A model generated the notes under the pieces. The model had not been told where the DNA came from, ran no database searches, and saw nothing but the letters and a program-made list of their open reading frames with translations. Made by a program: the position numbers and the translations under genes. A stretch of 64,000 nt of DNA from the human T2T-CHM13v2.0 reference genome, Homo sapiens. The stretch is taken from positions 43,392,001 to 43,456,000 of the forward strand of contig CP068257.2 in NCBI GenBank assembly GCA_009914755.4. Reading direction: 5' to 3'. Shown piece after piece: positions 44,415-55,341 of the stretch. Position 1 is the stretch's first letter; every line of letters starts with the position of its first letter.

Positions 44415-44545
44415 AAACGCAAACGCCAATCGCCGGGCGCCTGCGGTCCCAGCTACCAGGGAGGCTGAGGCGGCAGGATCGCGTGAGCTCGGAGGTCCAC
44501 CGCGCTCCAGTCTGGGCGACAGTGAGACCCCGTCCCCAAAACGAA
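44415..44545 (+). mobile_element. Alu right-arm fragment embedded in the CpG island (CpG-preserved)
   Basis: caaaacgcaaacgccaatcgccgggcgcctgcggtcccagctaccagggaggctgaggcggcaggatcgcgtgagctcggaggtccaccgcgctccagtctgggcgacagtgagaccccgtccccaaaacg. Compare Alu ...aaaattagccgggcgtggtggcgggcgcctgtagtcccagctactcgggaggctgaggcaggagaatcgcttgaacccgggaggcggaggttgcagtgagccgagatcgcgccactgcactccagcctgggcgacagagcgagactccgtctcaaaa. Confidence 0.65.
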
Positions 44546-44699
44546 GGCGGGCAGAGTCTCCTCAGCCGCGCTCGGGCGGGCGGCGCCGCGACGCCAGGCC
44601 GGTCCCGCGCTCTCGCCCCACGCTCCGGAGCCGCCCAGCCGCGGTCTCTCAGCTCCGGCCGCGCTCCAGCCCCAACGGCCCCGCGCCCGTCCGCCGCAG

Positions 44700-45075
44700 G
44701 TGGTCGTGAGGGAGGTGCCACAGCTCCGGCTGCCCACGACAGACACGGGCGCCCCAGCGCGCGCACGTCCGGCGTCGCTGCGCCGCCCCCGCCCCCTCGG
44801 CGTGCGCGCGCCCGGCGGGCCGGCGGGGGCGGGGAGGGGGCGGAGCCGCCGGCGGCGGGGCTGAGGCGCTGAGGCGGCCGTGGCGGCGGCGGCGGCGGCG
44901 GCGGCAGCGGCGGCCAAGCGGCCAGGTTGGCGGCCGGGGCTCCGGGCCGCGCGAGGCCACGGCCACGCCGCGCCGCTGCGCACAACCAACGAGGCAGAGC
45001 GCCGCCCGGCGCGAGACTGCGGCCGAAGCGTGGGGCGCGCGTGCGGAGGACCAGGCGCGGCGCGGCTGCGGCTGA
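44700..45075 (+). other. Candidate non-coding first exon (5' UTR) of a plus-strand gene, ending at a GT donor (gctgag|gtgagggcgg) at 45075|45076; 5' boundary (TSS) undetermined
   Basis: A donor-like GAG|GTGAGG sits just 3' of the GGC repeat inside the CpG island. There is no long credible ORF, since the surrounding ORFs are GC-rich low-complexity. The exon placement is inference only. Confidence 0.3.
44882..44914. repeat. (GGC)7-AGC-(GGC)2 trinucleotide repeat in the putative 5' UTR / first exon
   Basis: ggcggcggcggcggcggcggcagcggcggcc read directly. Confidence 0.9.
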
Positions 45076-45384
45076 GGTGAGGGCGGCGCGGGGCCGCGGC
45101 GGCTCGGGCGGGCGCGGGCTCCGGACCCCGCGGTGGCGGCGTTTATGTAAGCGCCGGGCAGGGACTGGTGGTGGGGCCGGAGCTGCGGGCCGTCCCGGGA
45201 GCGGAGGGCGCCCGCGGAGAAGCGAGGGTGCCGCGGCACCGCCTCGCACCCACCCTCCTGGGTCGCCCGTCTGCTCCGGCGCTCGGCTCCCGGAGGAAGC
45301 TGCGCCCGGGCGGCCCCGCGTCCCCTCCCGAGGGCGCCGAGTCCGCGTGGGATGCGCCGCGCTGCGCCGCGGGGAGGGCAGGTG

Positions 45385-45735
45385 CGCCGGGACGAGGCTG
45401 CGCCCTGGGGACCGAGACTGCGTTTTGGGGAGGGGACGGTGTGCCCTGGAGATCGGAGGCTGCGCTGGGGACGAGGCTGCGCCCGGGGACCAGAGGCTGC
45501 CCCGGGTACAAGGTTGCGCCGGGGAACGGGAGGCTGCGTTGGCAACAAGGCTGCGCCTGGGGACGGTAGGCTATGTCCCTGGGGAGACGCTCCGCCCGGC
45601 ATGGGACGCTGCGCCGGGGGACGGCAGGCTGCGCCCGGGATGAGGCTGGGCCCGGGCAGGGGAGGCTGCCTTGGGAGGGGACGCTGTGCCACGGGAGTGG
45701 AGACTGCGTTGGGGACGAGTCTGCGCCCTGGACGG
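45385..45735. repeat. Degenerate VNTR, about 19-bp unit (consensus cgaggctgcgccctgggga) x about 18, flanked by about 45-bp direct repeats
   Basis: gacgaggctgcgccctggggaccgagactgcgttttggggaggggacggtgtgccctggagatcggaggctgcgctggggacgaggctgcgcccggggaccagaggctgccccgggtacaaggttgcgccggggaacgggaggctgcgttggcaacaaggctgcgcctggggacgg.... The flanks ccgagggcgccgagtccgcgtgggatgcgccgcgctgcgccgcggg (about 45328-45375) and ccgagggcgcagtgtccgcgcgggatgctctgcgccgcgggcgg (about 45748-45795) are similar to each other. Confidence 0.8.
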
Positions 45736-46519
45736 TCCTGCGTGTCCTTCCGAGGGCGCAGTGTCCGCGCGGGATGCTCTGCGCCGCGGGCGGCCCGGGC
45801 CAGGGAAGTTCCTGCGGGTGCCGGGCGTCTGCAGCGATCGGGAGCAATCTGGGGCAGTTGGGGGCCCGAGGTGACTTTTGACGTGTTCACATCAGAAGGA
45901 AAATTATTGCGTGGTGGATGGGTGCGAGGGAAGGTGTCAGATTGGGCTGTGGACGCTGAAACGTGTTGGAGTCCCGATTTACACGCTGGAAAACCTAACC
46001 TAAAACGTGTTCCTGTCCAGGTTTCTATGTCGGAGATCTGCACCGTGGTGTTTAGTTCCCAGTTAATATTTTTGGTCAGCAGGTTTGGGCTGTTACTTCT
46101 GATACAGGCATTTTACTTCCTTCTTACTAACCATTATTGCATTCCGTTCTCGAAGTATAACGAAAAGTGGCATGATATCAAACTTGTTTCTTTAACGTTT
46201 AACTCCATAATTAAGATGATAGAACCGTAGTTTTTTTAATTGAGAATACAAATATGTATTTAATCCTCTTTGTTTCCTCTTAAATTTTGCCGTATGTTTT
46301 ATTGCTTCGAAAGGTGCCACCCAGAGCTGCATTTTCCAAAACGCTAGGTTGTCTTAAGAGCAGTTGTTTCTAGGAGATAGAAAAGCTAATTGTCTTTTGA
46401 TGACCATCTTTTCCTTGGGGTTGAGACTGCTGTATCCTTTTTGCCTGCTGAGGGTTTCCCAGAGGGGAAAGGGAGAAGGAAGAAAGGATAAAAGCTTGGC
46501 TGATACAGTTCCTTCTTGG

Positions 46520-46603
46520 ATAAGAGAATTAACTGTCTCTCATTGCGCGGTTCCTCCGGAGGACAGGGTCCAGTATGCATGGACAGCCACAACGGGGGCT
46601 CGG
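46520..46603 (+). other. Candidate short exon (5' UTR or first coding exon) ending at a consensus donor CG|GTAAGTAT (46603|46604) and containing ATG(s) (agtATGcATGgacagccacaacgggggctcg); acceptor uncertain
   Basis: GGTAAGTAT matches the U1-complementary donor consensus 8/9. Possible acceptors are cttccttcttggataag|ag (about 46519) or ttcctccggag|g (about 46560). It lies about 1.5 kb 3' of the CpG-island donor. The reading frame is open across the donor in two frames (MDSHNGGS... or MHGQPQRGL...). I do not recognise the protein. Confidence 0.35.
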
Positions 46604-47667
46604 TAAGTATTTGATGAGACAGGCTGAGCTGGGTGCCTATATCTTGCCTGTGGTGGAGAGGATGAACTCACACAGACTCTGAAAGGAATGCATTGTCTGT
46701 GAGTGATGCCCTGTTAGATGTCTGAGGGTTCCTAAGACTGGGTATATCCCACTACATCTACATCACATTTGAAGCTGTAGTTGGAAAGGAAAAAAGGAGG
46801 CCCTCCTGCAGGGACAGGGGCTTAAAAATAATCGATCCAGCTCTGAGAAATTGATGACACATGTGTCTCTGGTGTGACGTGCTCATGCAGTTGTTACTGG
46901 GAGGCCAAGGGGGAAGGATTAGCTATGAAGTGATAACATCATCCACAAAAAACATCTTGGCTCAGAGGCTAATTTCACTTCCTCGTGAATTTATGTATTG
47001 TAAAACATTTGAATTCTTTTAGATTTTTGGAATAAGAATTTTTTTAACTTCTATTTGTCCAGTGAATGCATAAAACAAACTTAATCCATTTGACAAATAC
47101 TTGTCTGTGGCCTGTTATGTGCTAGGCCTTCCCTGTTTTAGGCCCTAGGAGATACAGTACTTAACAAGATAGGTAGAGATCAAAAATGCTTCTGGCATAA
47201 AGCAGTACATTTGTATTGATAGATTTAAAAAGATAAGCAAGCACACAGTACCTACAGAAAGGTAAAGCCTCATTCCACTCCATCCCTGGGCACTTGGTTC
47301 AAAGGCTGCACCCAATTGTGTATTGTCCTAGCAGGAGTCAAAGTGTGTATTGTATATGTTTTAATATATGACAAACCTTGCTATAGTGCATATTCTTACA
47401 CGTGGGTACAAGCAAAGCCTACTAATTAGTTATTATCAAAATTTCTTAGCTGTAAGTTTTACTTAAGAACTGGGTTTTATTCCCTTGAATGCTGTGATTA
47501 GCTCTGTGATCAAACAATATAATTCAAATAGGAGGTAGTTAACTTTGGAAAGAAATAGATGAAGTTACACATTTACCAGCCTATAAAAAAGTTTAGCAAA
47601 GTTATCAAGCTTAGTTTGAAACCAAAAAGCTCAGAGAGGTCCAATTTTATTAGAAAACTCAATGGTG

Positions 47668-47978
<311 letters not shown>

Positions 47979-49169
47979 TCAGTGGTTTTCTGTGTCAACT
48001 TTCTAAAATAGGAATTTCTAAATCTGTAATTTGGTGTGATGGAAATGGTGTTAAAAAAAAACCCATATTATTTTGTATGTTCATAATATGTGAGGTAGGA
48101 AAAGCAAATGGGAAAATTAAAAATTGTCCAGTGAAATCATTAAGATTCCTTCCTTATTCCTTGAGTGACTTTTCTTTCCAAGTTGACAGCTTTTTATCTG
48201 GGGTGTGGACAGGGACAGCGCAGTAGCCCACAGAGGTCTTCGTGGCAGGGCTTACCGCACCTTCCATTTGCAGAGTTTTGCTTCATCCATAGCTTGACAG
48301 CTGTTGGGCTAGGGCCATTAATATCAAATTATCACAATTTTTTTTTTTTGGTAGTTTGATTAGTACTGCTTGCTGCACTTTTCCACCTGTATGCCTATAA
48401 GATGTCCTAGGCGTACACAAAGAAAAGTGACTTTGGTTTTAGGTTTAACGTCTTTGTGATGGAACAGGAAGGGGGATGAAAGTAACTCTGAGATACCTTG
48501 TATTTTTATTGGAAGTACAGTGAAATGGAAGCTCTACTTGCTTCTAGTTTGGTGATTTTGGAACCTGGTTCCATTTCATTTGCTTGTTCATCCAACAGGC
48601 ATTCACCCATGCATCCTGGCCCAGGTACTGTTCTAGGTATTGGAGATTCAGGATGAGCCTGATGAGGAGAGTTCCTGCCCTCAAGCGGTTCATTTTCTTG
48701 GGAAGGAGGAGAGCAGTAAACAAGCATTTGGTGTCCTAACTGCTTCAAAGGGCAAATGAGGCAGGGTAGGTGAGAGAAGGTCAAATAGGTGGTGAGGATG
48801 GAGTGAGCTGGGCTGAGGTCACGGCAGCAGCAGCCTCTCAGGCACAGGGAACTCTCGGGTGAAAGTCCCTGAGCCTCCTTGTAGTATGGTGGTCACCTCA
48901 GGGAGGCCATTGCTGCCAGAGAGGCTGGGCGAGTGGTAGGAAGTGAGATGGGAGTGGAGGAGAGCTGCATCTTGGAGCACACAGGCTGTGGTAAGGAATT
49001 TAGATTTTAAGTTTGATGGGAAGCCTTAAGGGAGCCTTTCTTCCTTCCTTGCGAATGACATGATCTGATTTATCTTTAAAAAGTACCACTCTGGCTGTTG
49101 GGCTTACAATATGCCAGGCTGTTTTAAGAGCTTTACATATATTAATTCATTTATTCTTATGACAGTCCA

Positions 49170-49300
49170 AAAAGTAGGCATTATTATCATTATTCCCATG
49201 TTACAGGGGGGAATACCTAGGCACAGAGTGGTTAAGTGATTTACCCAAGGTCACACAGGAAGTGGCAATGGCAGGATGTACCCTTACCTCCTTACTGCAG
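49170..49300 (-). mobile_element. MIR (ancient tRNA-derived SINE) fragment, minus orientation
   Basis: ttattcccatgttacaggggggaatacctaggcacagagtggttaagtgatttacccaaggtcacacaggaagtggcaatggcaggat. Compare the MIR reverse complement ...tatccccattttacagatgaggaaactgaggcacagagaggttaagtaacttgcccaaggtcacacagctagtaagtggcagagccggga. Confidence 0.65.
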
Positions 49301-49869
49301 CTTGCTTTTTGCACCTCCACTACTGCAGACTGGAGGAGGAATATCAGCAAGGAGATCAGTTAGACTTTTGTGAAAGCTGGGTGACTGTACCGGCACCTCA
49401 GACCAGGGCGGAAGTGGTGAGATCAGATTCAGCCTACTGAATTTCAGCATTTGTAAGATGCCATCATTTTTAAGTTGCATCATCATTTCTTATGCTGCTA
49501 ACAAAGGGAAAATGTAGCCAACTAGATTGTGACACAATGCTTTCTTGTTACCCAGCATTCATTTATACTCATTGAAAGAGCTTAGACTAAGCATTGACTT
49601 TTAAAATCATATAATTCATGCACTTTCATAAAAAAGGAAAATACAAGTAAAATAAAGTAATTCTGAAATTTCTTCACATCTAGAATCTGATTCTTCCAAC
49701 TCAGCTTTTGACTTGGCGTTGGTGCCAGGTATGAGATAGGGAAGTCTGGGAAGAGCCAGTGTTGGGATTTGAACATGTGGAGCTTGTGACTGGAAGGCAG
49801 CCCAGCTCAGCAGCTCCACTCAAGGGCCAGATCTGGAGGACGAGGGTTGGGTCATTGTGCAGCTACTTC

Positions 49870-50020
49870 CTAGATGATCTTGAGCAAGCAGTCTAATCTC
49901 TGTGCTTCAGTTTTCTCATCTATAAATTAGGAAGAATAAAAGCAACTTGTCAGGGTTGTTGAGTTGCTAATGTAAAGTACCTAAAATAGTACCTGACTAA
50001 CAGTATTTAATGGGGCTTAC
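49870..50020 (+). mobile_element. MIR fragment, plus orientation
   Basis: tctctgtgcttcagttttctcatctataaattaggaagaataaaagcaacttgtcagggttgttgagttgctaatgtaaagtacctaaaatagtacctgactaacagtatttaatgg. Compare MIR ...ctctctgtgcctcagtttcctcatctgtaaaatggggataataatagtacctacctcatagggttgttgtgaggattaaatgagttaatacatgtaaagcgcttagaacagtgcctggcacatagtaagcgctcaataaatg. Confidence 0.65.
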
Positions 50021-52854
50021 TTTGCTTATTATTTTTATGATTAGTTATCTGAGTAGAGAAAGGTGAATATGGATGGAAATTCAAGGTCAGGTTCAAGAAG
50101 AGGTTGGGGCCAAATATGTAAATTTGGGAGTCATTTGCATATTGCTGATCTATGAGGCATACAGTATGGATACAGAGGAGCAGGAGATGAGGAATGGCCT
50201 GGGAGCTTTTGGCAAGCGGTCCACATTGGGAGGGAGGGTCTAGCAACGCCATTGAAAAGGACTCTGTTTGAAGAAGGAAGAAACTAGTGAGAGTCTAGTG
50301 GCCTGGAAACCAAGACACCGAGGGGTTCTTTTCTTCTTATTCTTCGTGGGCTGGAGAGTTTCCTATTGGCTTTGATAAGAGGTGGTTGTGAGTGACCTTG
50401 ATAGGTTTGGAGTGGTGGGGAGAGGAAACAAATAGAGTAGAGGTGGGAACATCAGTGTAGACGACTCTCTAGAGGAGTTCTGTTAAAAGGGAAGAGTCAT
50501 GGGATGGTGGCTGGAGGGGACATGGGTACAGGAAGTTTTTAGTTGTATTTTTAAATGAGAGCGATGATAGCATGTTATGAGCTAATAGGAATGATCCAGT
50601 AGAGGGAAACATTTATAATATGCCAGGAAAGAGGATAATGTTGGAGCCAAGTCCTTGAGAAGGTGAGAGGGAGGCAGGAAGAGCAGGGATGCTCAGCTCT
50701 AGAAGGGAGGCGGGACTTCAGGAGGGAGGCAGGACTTCTGCACGTGGGAGCCTGGACTCAGAAATATTCCTCAAGACATGCTGCCCTTTTGAAAGGAGGA
50801 TAGGAAATAAATCATGGTTTTGTCCTCAGTCCTAAAAAGTTCGGAATCTCACCCTAGGACTCAGGATCCAGCTTCTTACCAGCTTGTGCTGAACATGCCA
50901 TGGGGCGTACTTACGGAAAGATACATGTGGAAATGGAATTTTTTATTTATTTAAAAAATTCACTTTTCTCTAAAAGTATTGTTACCTGGAGGTTGGCACC
51001 TTTATTCACCAAATTCAGTACTCAGAGGACTAGAAGACTCGGTGCCTGATTTGTGCTTGATTTGCCTAGCTGGGAATTTCAGTTTTGCATTTAAGACGAC
51101 TCCCTCACCAACCCTACCCCCAGAGGAAAGCAGGTATTGTTGCTTTGGGCCTGTTGCATGTATATGTTTATGTTCCACTGGGTCAGCAGCATTCAGTGAA
51201 ACACAGTTGCCTGTTAACTTGGTAAAATATCTTAATTGCATGAGTTTTGATTTGTTTTTGTGATTATTTGATTTTTTCAGGTTTGGAGTTTCAGAACACC
51301 CATCTTCTCAGTAGTTCAGCCAATGCGATGAAATGTGAAGAAGCCTTCCCCAGCTTCCTTGCATTCTCTCCATCATCTGTGCAGTGGAGAGTAGTTCCCA
51401 CTGCTGTGGAAACATTTTCCCTTTGCTCTTTTCTCTCAGGGCAGGCTTTCCTGAGTGCCTGCTCTGTGTGAGTCATCGTGGGAGGATGCGGTGGAGAAGG
51501 ACAGGGAGGAGGTCTGTGCTTCTTTGAACTGACATTCTGGTGGAGAAACTAAACAGATCACAGAGGCAGACACCGTGCCTCACAACTACACACGGACCCG
51601 GCTTATGATGGTTCCAGTAACAATTTTTGACTTGACTGTGGTACCCATACAGTCATTCTGTTTTTCACTTTTGGCATAGCATTCAATAAATTGCATGCGA
51701 TATTAAGTACTTTGTTATAAAATAGGCTTTGTATTAGATGATTTTGTTCAATTGTAGGCTAATGTGAGTGTTCTGAGCACCTTTTAGGTAGGCTAGGCTA
51801 AGCTTTGATGTTTGGTAGGGTAGGTGTATTGAATGCTTTTTCAGGTTAGGATGTCTTCAACTTGCGATGGGTTCATAGGATCGGAACTCCACCGTCAGTC
51901 AAGGAGCACCTGTGCTGTCTTTATCGGCATGACCGAGGAGACAGGGCTGAGGTAGATGGCATCAAGAGGGTGGCTCCTGGTGGAGGTATGATGTTCTGGG
52001 AAGGCCTCTCTGAGTGCGATGTGGTACGCTGAGGCCCAGAGGGAAAGCATGAGCTCATGTCAGGAGGGGGGACAACAGCCTTCTGGCTAGAAGGATAGCC
52101 TGCCAGAGAGCCTGCTTATTAGAGTGGCCAGGATAGGACCAGAACCATTGTCCAGTCAGGGGCTAGGAGGTGAGGCTGCAGAGACACAGGGGCCAGGTCC
52201 TGCAGACTCTCAAGAGTGCAACAGGAAGAATGGAGGCCTGGGTTGGCACTGTTGCCATGATTTAGCGGGGCAGAGGTGGCAGAACTGGAGAAAAGAGAGC
52301 AGGTGTGAATTCTTGGTTGTGGGCAATAGATCAGGTCTTGGAGACAAGGGAAGTGGAGGGACCAAGAAGGGCTCTTGGAGCTCTTTGGATGGTGATGATG
52401 TGATGATGCCACGTTCCAGAGGATCTCAGGTTAGGAGTCTTCAACTAGAGACCTCATTTTGTATTGGGTTCTGTTTGAGTCTGCAAAGCAGTTGTCATCT
52501 AATATGTGACTAGCAGAATATTTGTTTGTATAGATACCTCTCAACTTACGATGAGGTTCATAACTTAAATATATTGTCAGTTGAAAATGCATTTAATACA
52601 CCTAACCTTCAAAATTCAAAGTACACTTTCTATTAAATATGTATCACTTTCACACCATCATAAAGTAAAAAAATCATAAGTCAGACTGTTGTAAGCCAGC
52701 GTCTGTCTGTACCTTCCCACGGCCTACAAAATTTGTAATGCATTGTTTGTAAAACACAGACACGTGCATTTAAACTTTTATTAGGTAGAACTGGCTCTTC
52801 TTCAGGGTCCTTGTAATTAAGTCAGTTATTCCTCTCATGACATTCTTGTAGGAG

Positions 52855-53065
52855 GTCTCATTACCCCTATTTATCAGATCAGAAAACTGATGCTAAGGGG
52901 CTCAGTGACTTCCTAGGAAAGCTGGATAATGTTTAACATTTATTAAGCTCTTACCATGTGTCAGACATGGTAAAGTGAGTTTAATCTAGTTTAATCCTCA
53001 TGATGATCTTAGGATGTTGCTATTAAGGGTCACTGTCATCATCCCTTTTTACTGATAACACTGGC
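52855..53065 (-). mobile_element. Two adjacent MIR fragments, minus orientation
   Basis: 52860-52925 ttacccctatttatcagatcagaaaactgatgctaaggggctcagtgacttcctaggaaagctgg (MIR middle, reverse complement). 52935-53065 acatttattaagctcttaccatgtgtcagacatggtaaagtgagtttaatctagtttaatcctcatgatgatcttaggatgttgctattaagggtcactgtcatcatccctttttactgataac (MIR 3' end to middle, reverse complement). Confidence 0.55.
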
Positions 53066-53981
53066 CTGGCTTACCTGAGTAGCCTCCTAACAGATCTCTT
53101 CTTCCACTTCTGGTCTCCTTCAGTCTGTTCTTGACCAGCAGTCGGATCTGAGCCTGTACATGGAAGACATCACGTCATTCTCCTGCTCAGAGTCCCCCTG
53201 CGGCCTTCTTTCCTGCTGTCCCTTCCTGCCACTCAGAGCCCTGGCTCCAGCTGTCTTGGGGCCTATAGCTAGCCCTCACTTCAGTGTTCATGCACCATTG
53301 TGTGCTGCGTGCCCTGCTCACTGTTCTGTTTATTTCTGCCATCTGTACCCACCACTACCTTCCTCCCCACACAGCCTGCCTGGCCAGAATGAAAGCCTCA
53401 GGAAGGCAGGGCTATTGCTCTGAATCTGTCCTGAGGGCTCGGAGCAATGCCTGGTAGATAGACACTTGTAAGCCTTTGCTGAAGGAGAGAATAACTTTAA
53501 CTTACTTTTTCTGTTGGTAGTAAGTAGTAGAACCTGCATTAAGTTTATCTGCTTCTGAAAACGTATGCTTTTGCTGCCTCCCTACACTGCCCCCCCATCC
53601 TATTGTACTTGGTGAATCAGTCATATATTTATGCCCCATATGTCTGTGTTATCTCCAGATTTCCACACTTTTCTATGTAGAATAGAAACATTTATAAAAC
53701 ATTCAAAATTGTTATAAAACCATAAAGTTTGACATAGTAAATTATCTGTTGAAAACAGGGAGGCCACATCCTGGAAAAGTAGCTCTGTCCTGCCAGCATC
53801 ATTTTAACCCCTTTTGGACAAGATACAGTTGAAATGCATTCTCTGAAATAATACTTATAACTACATCTTGACAGAAACAAGAATATTTCGAATAATTCTG
53901 GGAGGATTCAGGAAAAGGCAGCCAAATAAAATGAAAAAATACATTTGATTCAACTGTGGAGGCTTAAAGGAATTACACATC

Positions 53982-54282
53982 TTTTTTGTTTTTTTGCGAC
54001 AGCGTCTTGCTTTGTTGCTCAGGCTAGAGTACAGTGGTACAATCATAGCTCACTGTAGCCACAACCTCCTGGGTTCAAGCGATCCTCCCGCCTCAGTCTC
54101 AGCCTCCCAGGTAGCTGGGGCTACAGGTGGATGCCACCACACCCGGCTAATTTTTGTATTTTTTGTAGAGACGGGGTTTTACCGTGTTGCCCAGGCTGGT
54201 CTCGAGCTCCTGGACTCAAGGGATCCAATTGCCTCGGCCTCCCAAAATGCTGGGATTACAGGCGGAGCCATTGCACCTGGCC
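53982..54282 (-). mobile_element. Full-length Alu (minus orientation)
   Basis: ttttttgtttttttgcgacagcgtcttgctttgttgctcaggctagagtacagtggtacaatcatagctcactgtagccacaacctcctgggttcaagcgatcctcccgcctcagtctcagcctcccaggtagctggggctacaggtggatgccaccacacccggctaatttttgtattttttgtagagacggggttttaccgtgttgcccaggctggtctcgagctcctggactcaagggatccaattgcctcggcctcccaaaatgctgggattacaggcggagccattgcacctggcc. Confidence 0.9.
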
Positions 54283-55227
54283 AAAAAAGCATCTCTTATA
54301 AGCTGTTTTTGGTGAAGGAGCAAACAGGAAAGTGTCCCAGAATTTGGGAGATCAGGATTGTAATCCCAGCCCTGCTTCTGAACAGGATGGTGCATTCTCT
54401 TCATGCCTCTGCTGCAGGCTCCTTGGATGTAGAATGAGGGCAGTTGAATTGCTTGTTGCCGAGGTTCTCTCCATTTCTGGAAGACTATTGTAAGTCAGAG
54501 TCAAATAATCATTCATTCAGTTGTCCAATAAATACTCATCATAGAACCTATGTGTAGTCCTGTCTAATGGTAGGTGGTGCTACGTCACTTCCTGCCATGG
54601 CTGCCGAGGCTCACGCGAGGCTGGCACTTGGCAGAGAGTCCTGTCCCTTCTTTTGACTCAGTAACTGTGGAAAGAGGTGAGGTATAGGAAGGGAGGGCCT
54701 AGGCCTTAGGGGTTAAGCGGGCTTAGGAGGCAGGATTGAGAGAGGTGGAATGATGGATTCAGAGTCCAAGAGAAAACGTGAAACTCCAGGGGATTAGAAT
54801 TGATCCCTTTCTCTGTTTCCTCAGTCTTAGGGGGACTAGACTGTGTTAGTTGTCTTGAATTAAATTGAGCAGGGGTTGTTTTTCACTTCTGTAAGTCCAG
54901 AGTTTATCATAAGCCACCAGAGGTAATTCAGTAGTAGTTAATATTTCATTAACCCTCACTTCTAAAATTACAAAGTTAGAAGTGGAGGTCTTTAACATAT
55001 ATATCAGTCAGGCTGGAGAGTAAGTTGGAAAGTTGCATTTTATTCCTGTGTGTTTACTTATGGCAGTGCACATAAGCCCAGTTTTGTTTCTTTTTCTTTG
55101 ATTAGTAACAGTTGGGCACAAGGTGTCCAACCCACCCAGTGTTAAGTCACTTAGAGTGAGTTGATTTCCTTGAAAAAAGGAATCTTTTCAAGAATGTAAA
55201 GTGGCTTCTCGTAGTCTTCGTGAGGCT

Positions 55228-55341
55228 CTGGAGTCAGACACAATACTGGGTTACCCTGGGACCATGTGCAGTGAGCCCGGGCTTCTGGAGTCAGACACAG
55301 TACCTGGTTACCCTGGGATCATGTGCAGTGAGCCTGGGCTG
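55228..55341. repeat. Tandem duplication, 57-bp unit x2 (about 90 percent identical)
   Basis: ctggagtcagacacaatactgggttaccctgggaccatgtgcagtgagcccgggctt then ctggagtcagacacagtacctggttaccctgggatcatgtgcagtgagcctgggctg. It yields the internally repeated ORFs 55201..55434+ and 55220..55465+. Confidence 0.8.

Larger units (their letters stand above)
44100..45900. promoter_or_regulatory. CpG island (about 1.8 kb, very high G+C and dense CpG); probable promoter with candidate 5' exon of an unidentified gene
   Basis: CpG dinucleotides occur every few bases throughout (for example cggcgggggctcggcgggg, gcgcgcacgtccggcgtcgctgcgccgccc, ggcggcggcggc). This contrasts sharply with the CpG-depleted flanks. 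It lies immediately upstream of the candidate exon and donor described separately. Confidence 0.85.

Noticed and set aside
44116-46230. Very long ORFs on both strands: 44649..46043- 464 aa, 44116..45249- 377 aa, 45352..46230+ 292 aa, 44927..45643+ 238 aa, 44198..44872+ 224 aa
   Set aside because: They all overlap one another in the CpG island and VNTR. Their compositions are Pro/Arg/Ala/Gly low-complexity with internal periodicity copying the 11-bp and 19-bp tandem repeats. Stop codons are simply rare in about 80 percent GC DNA. They are not credible proteins.
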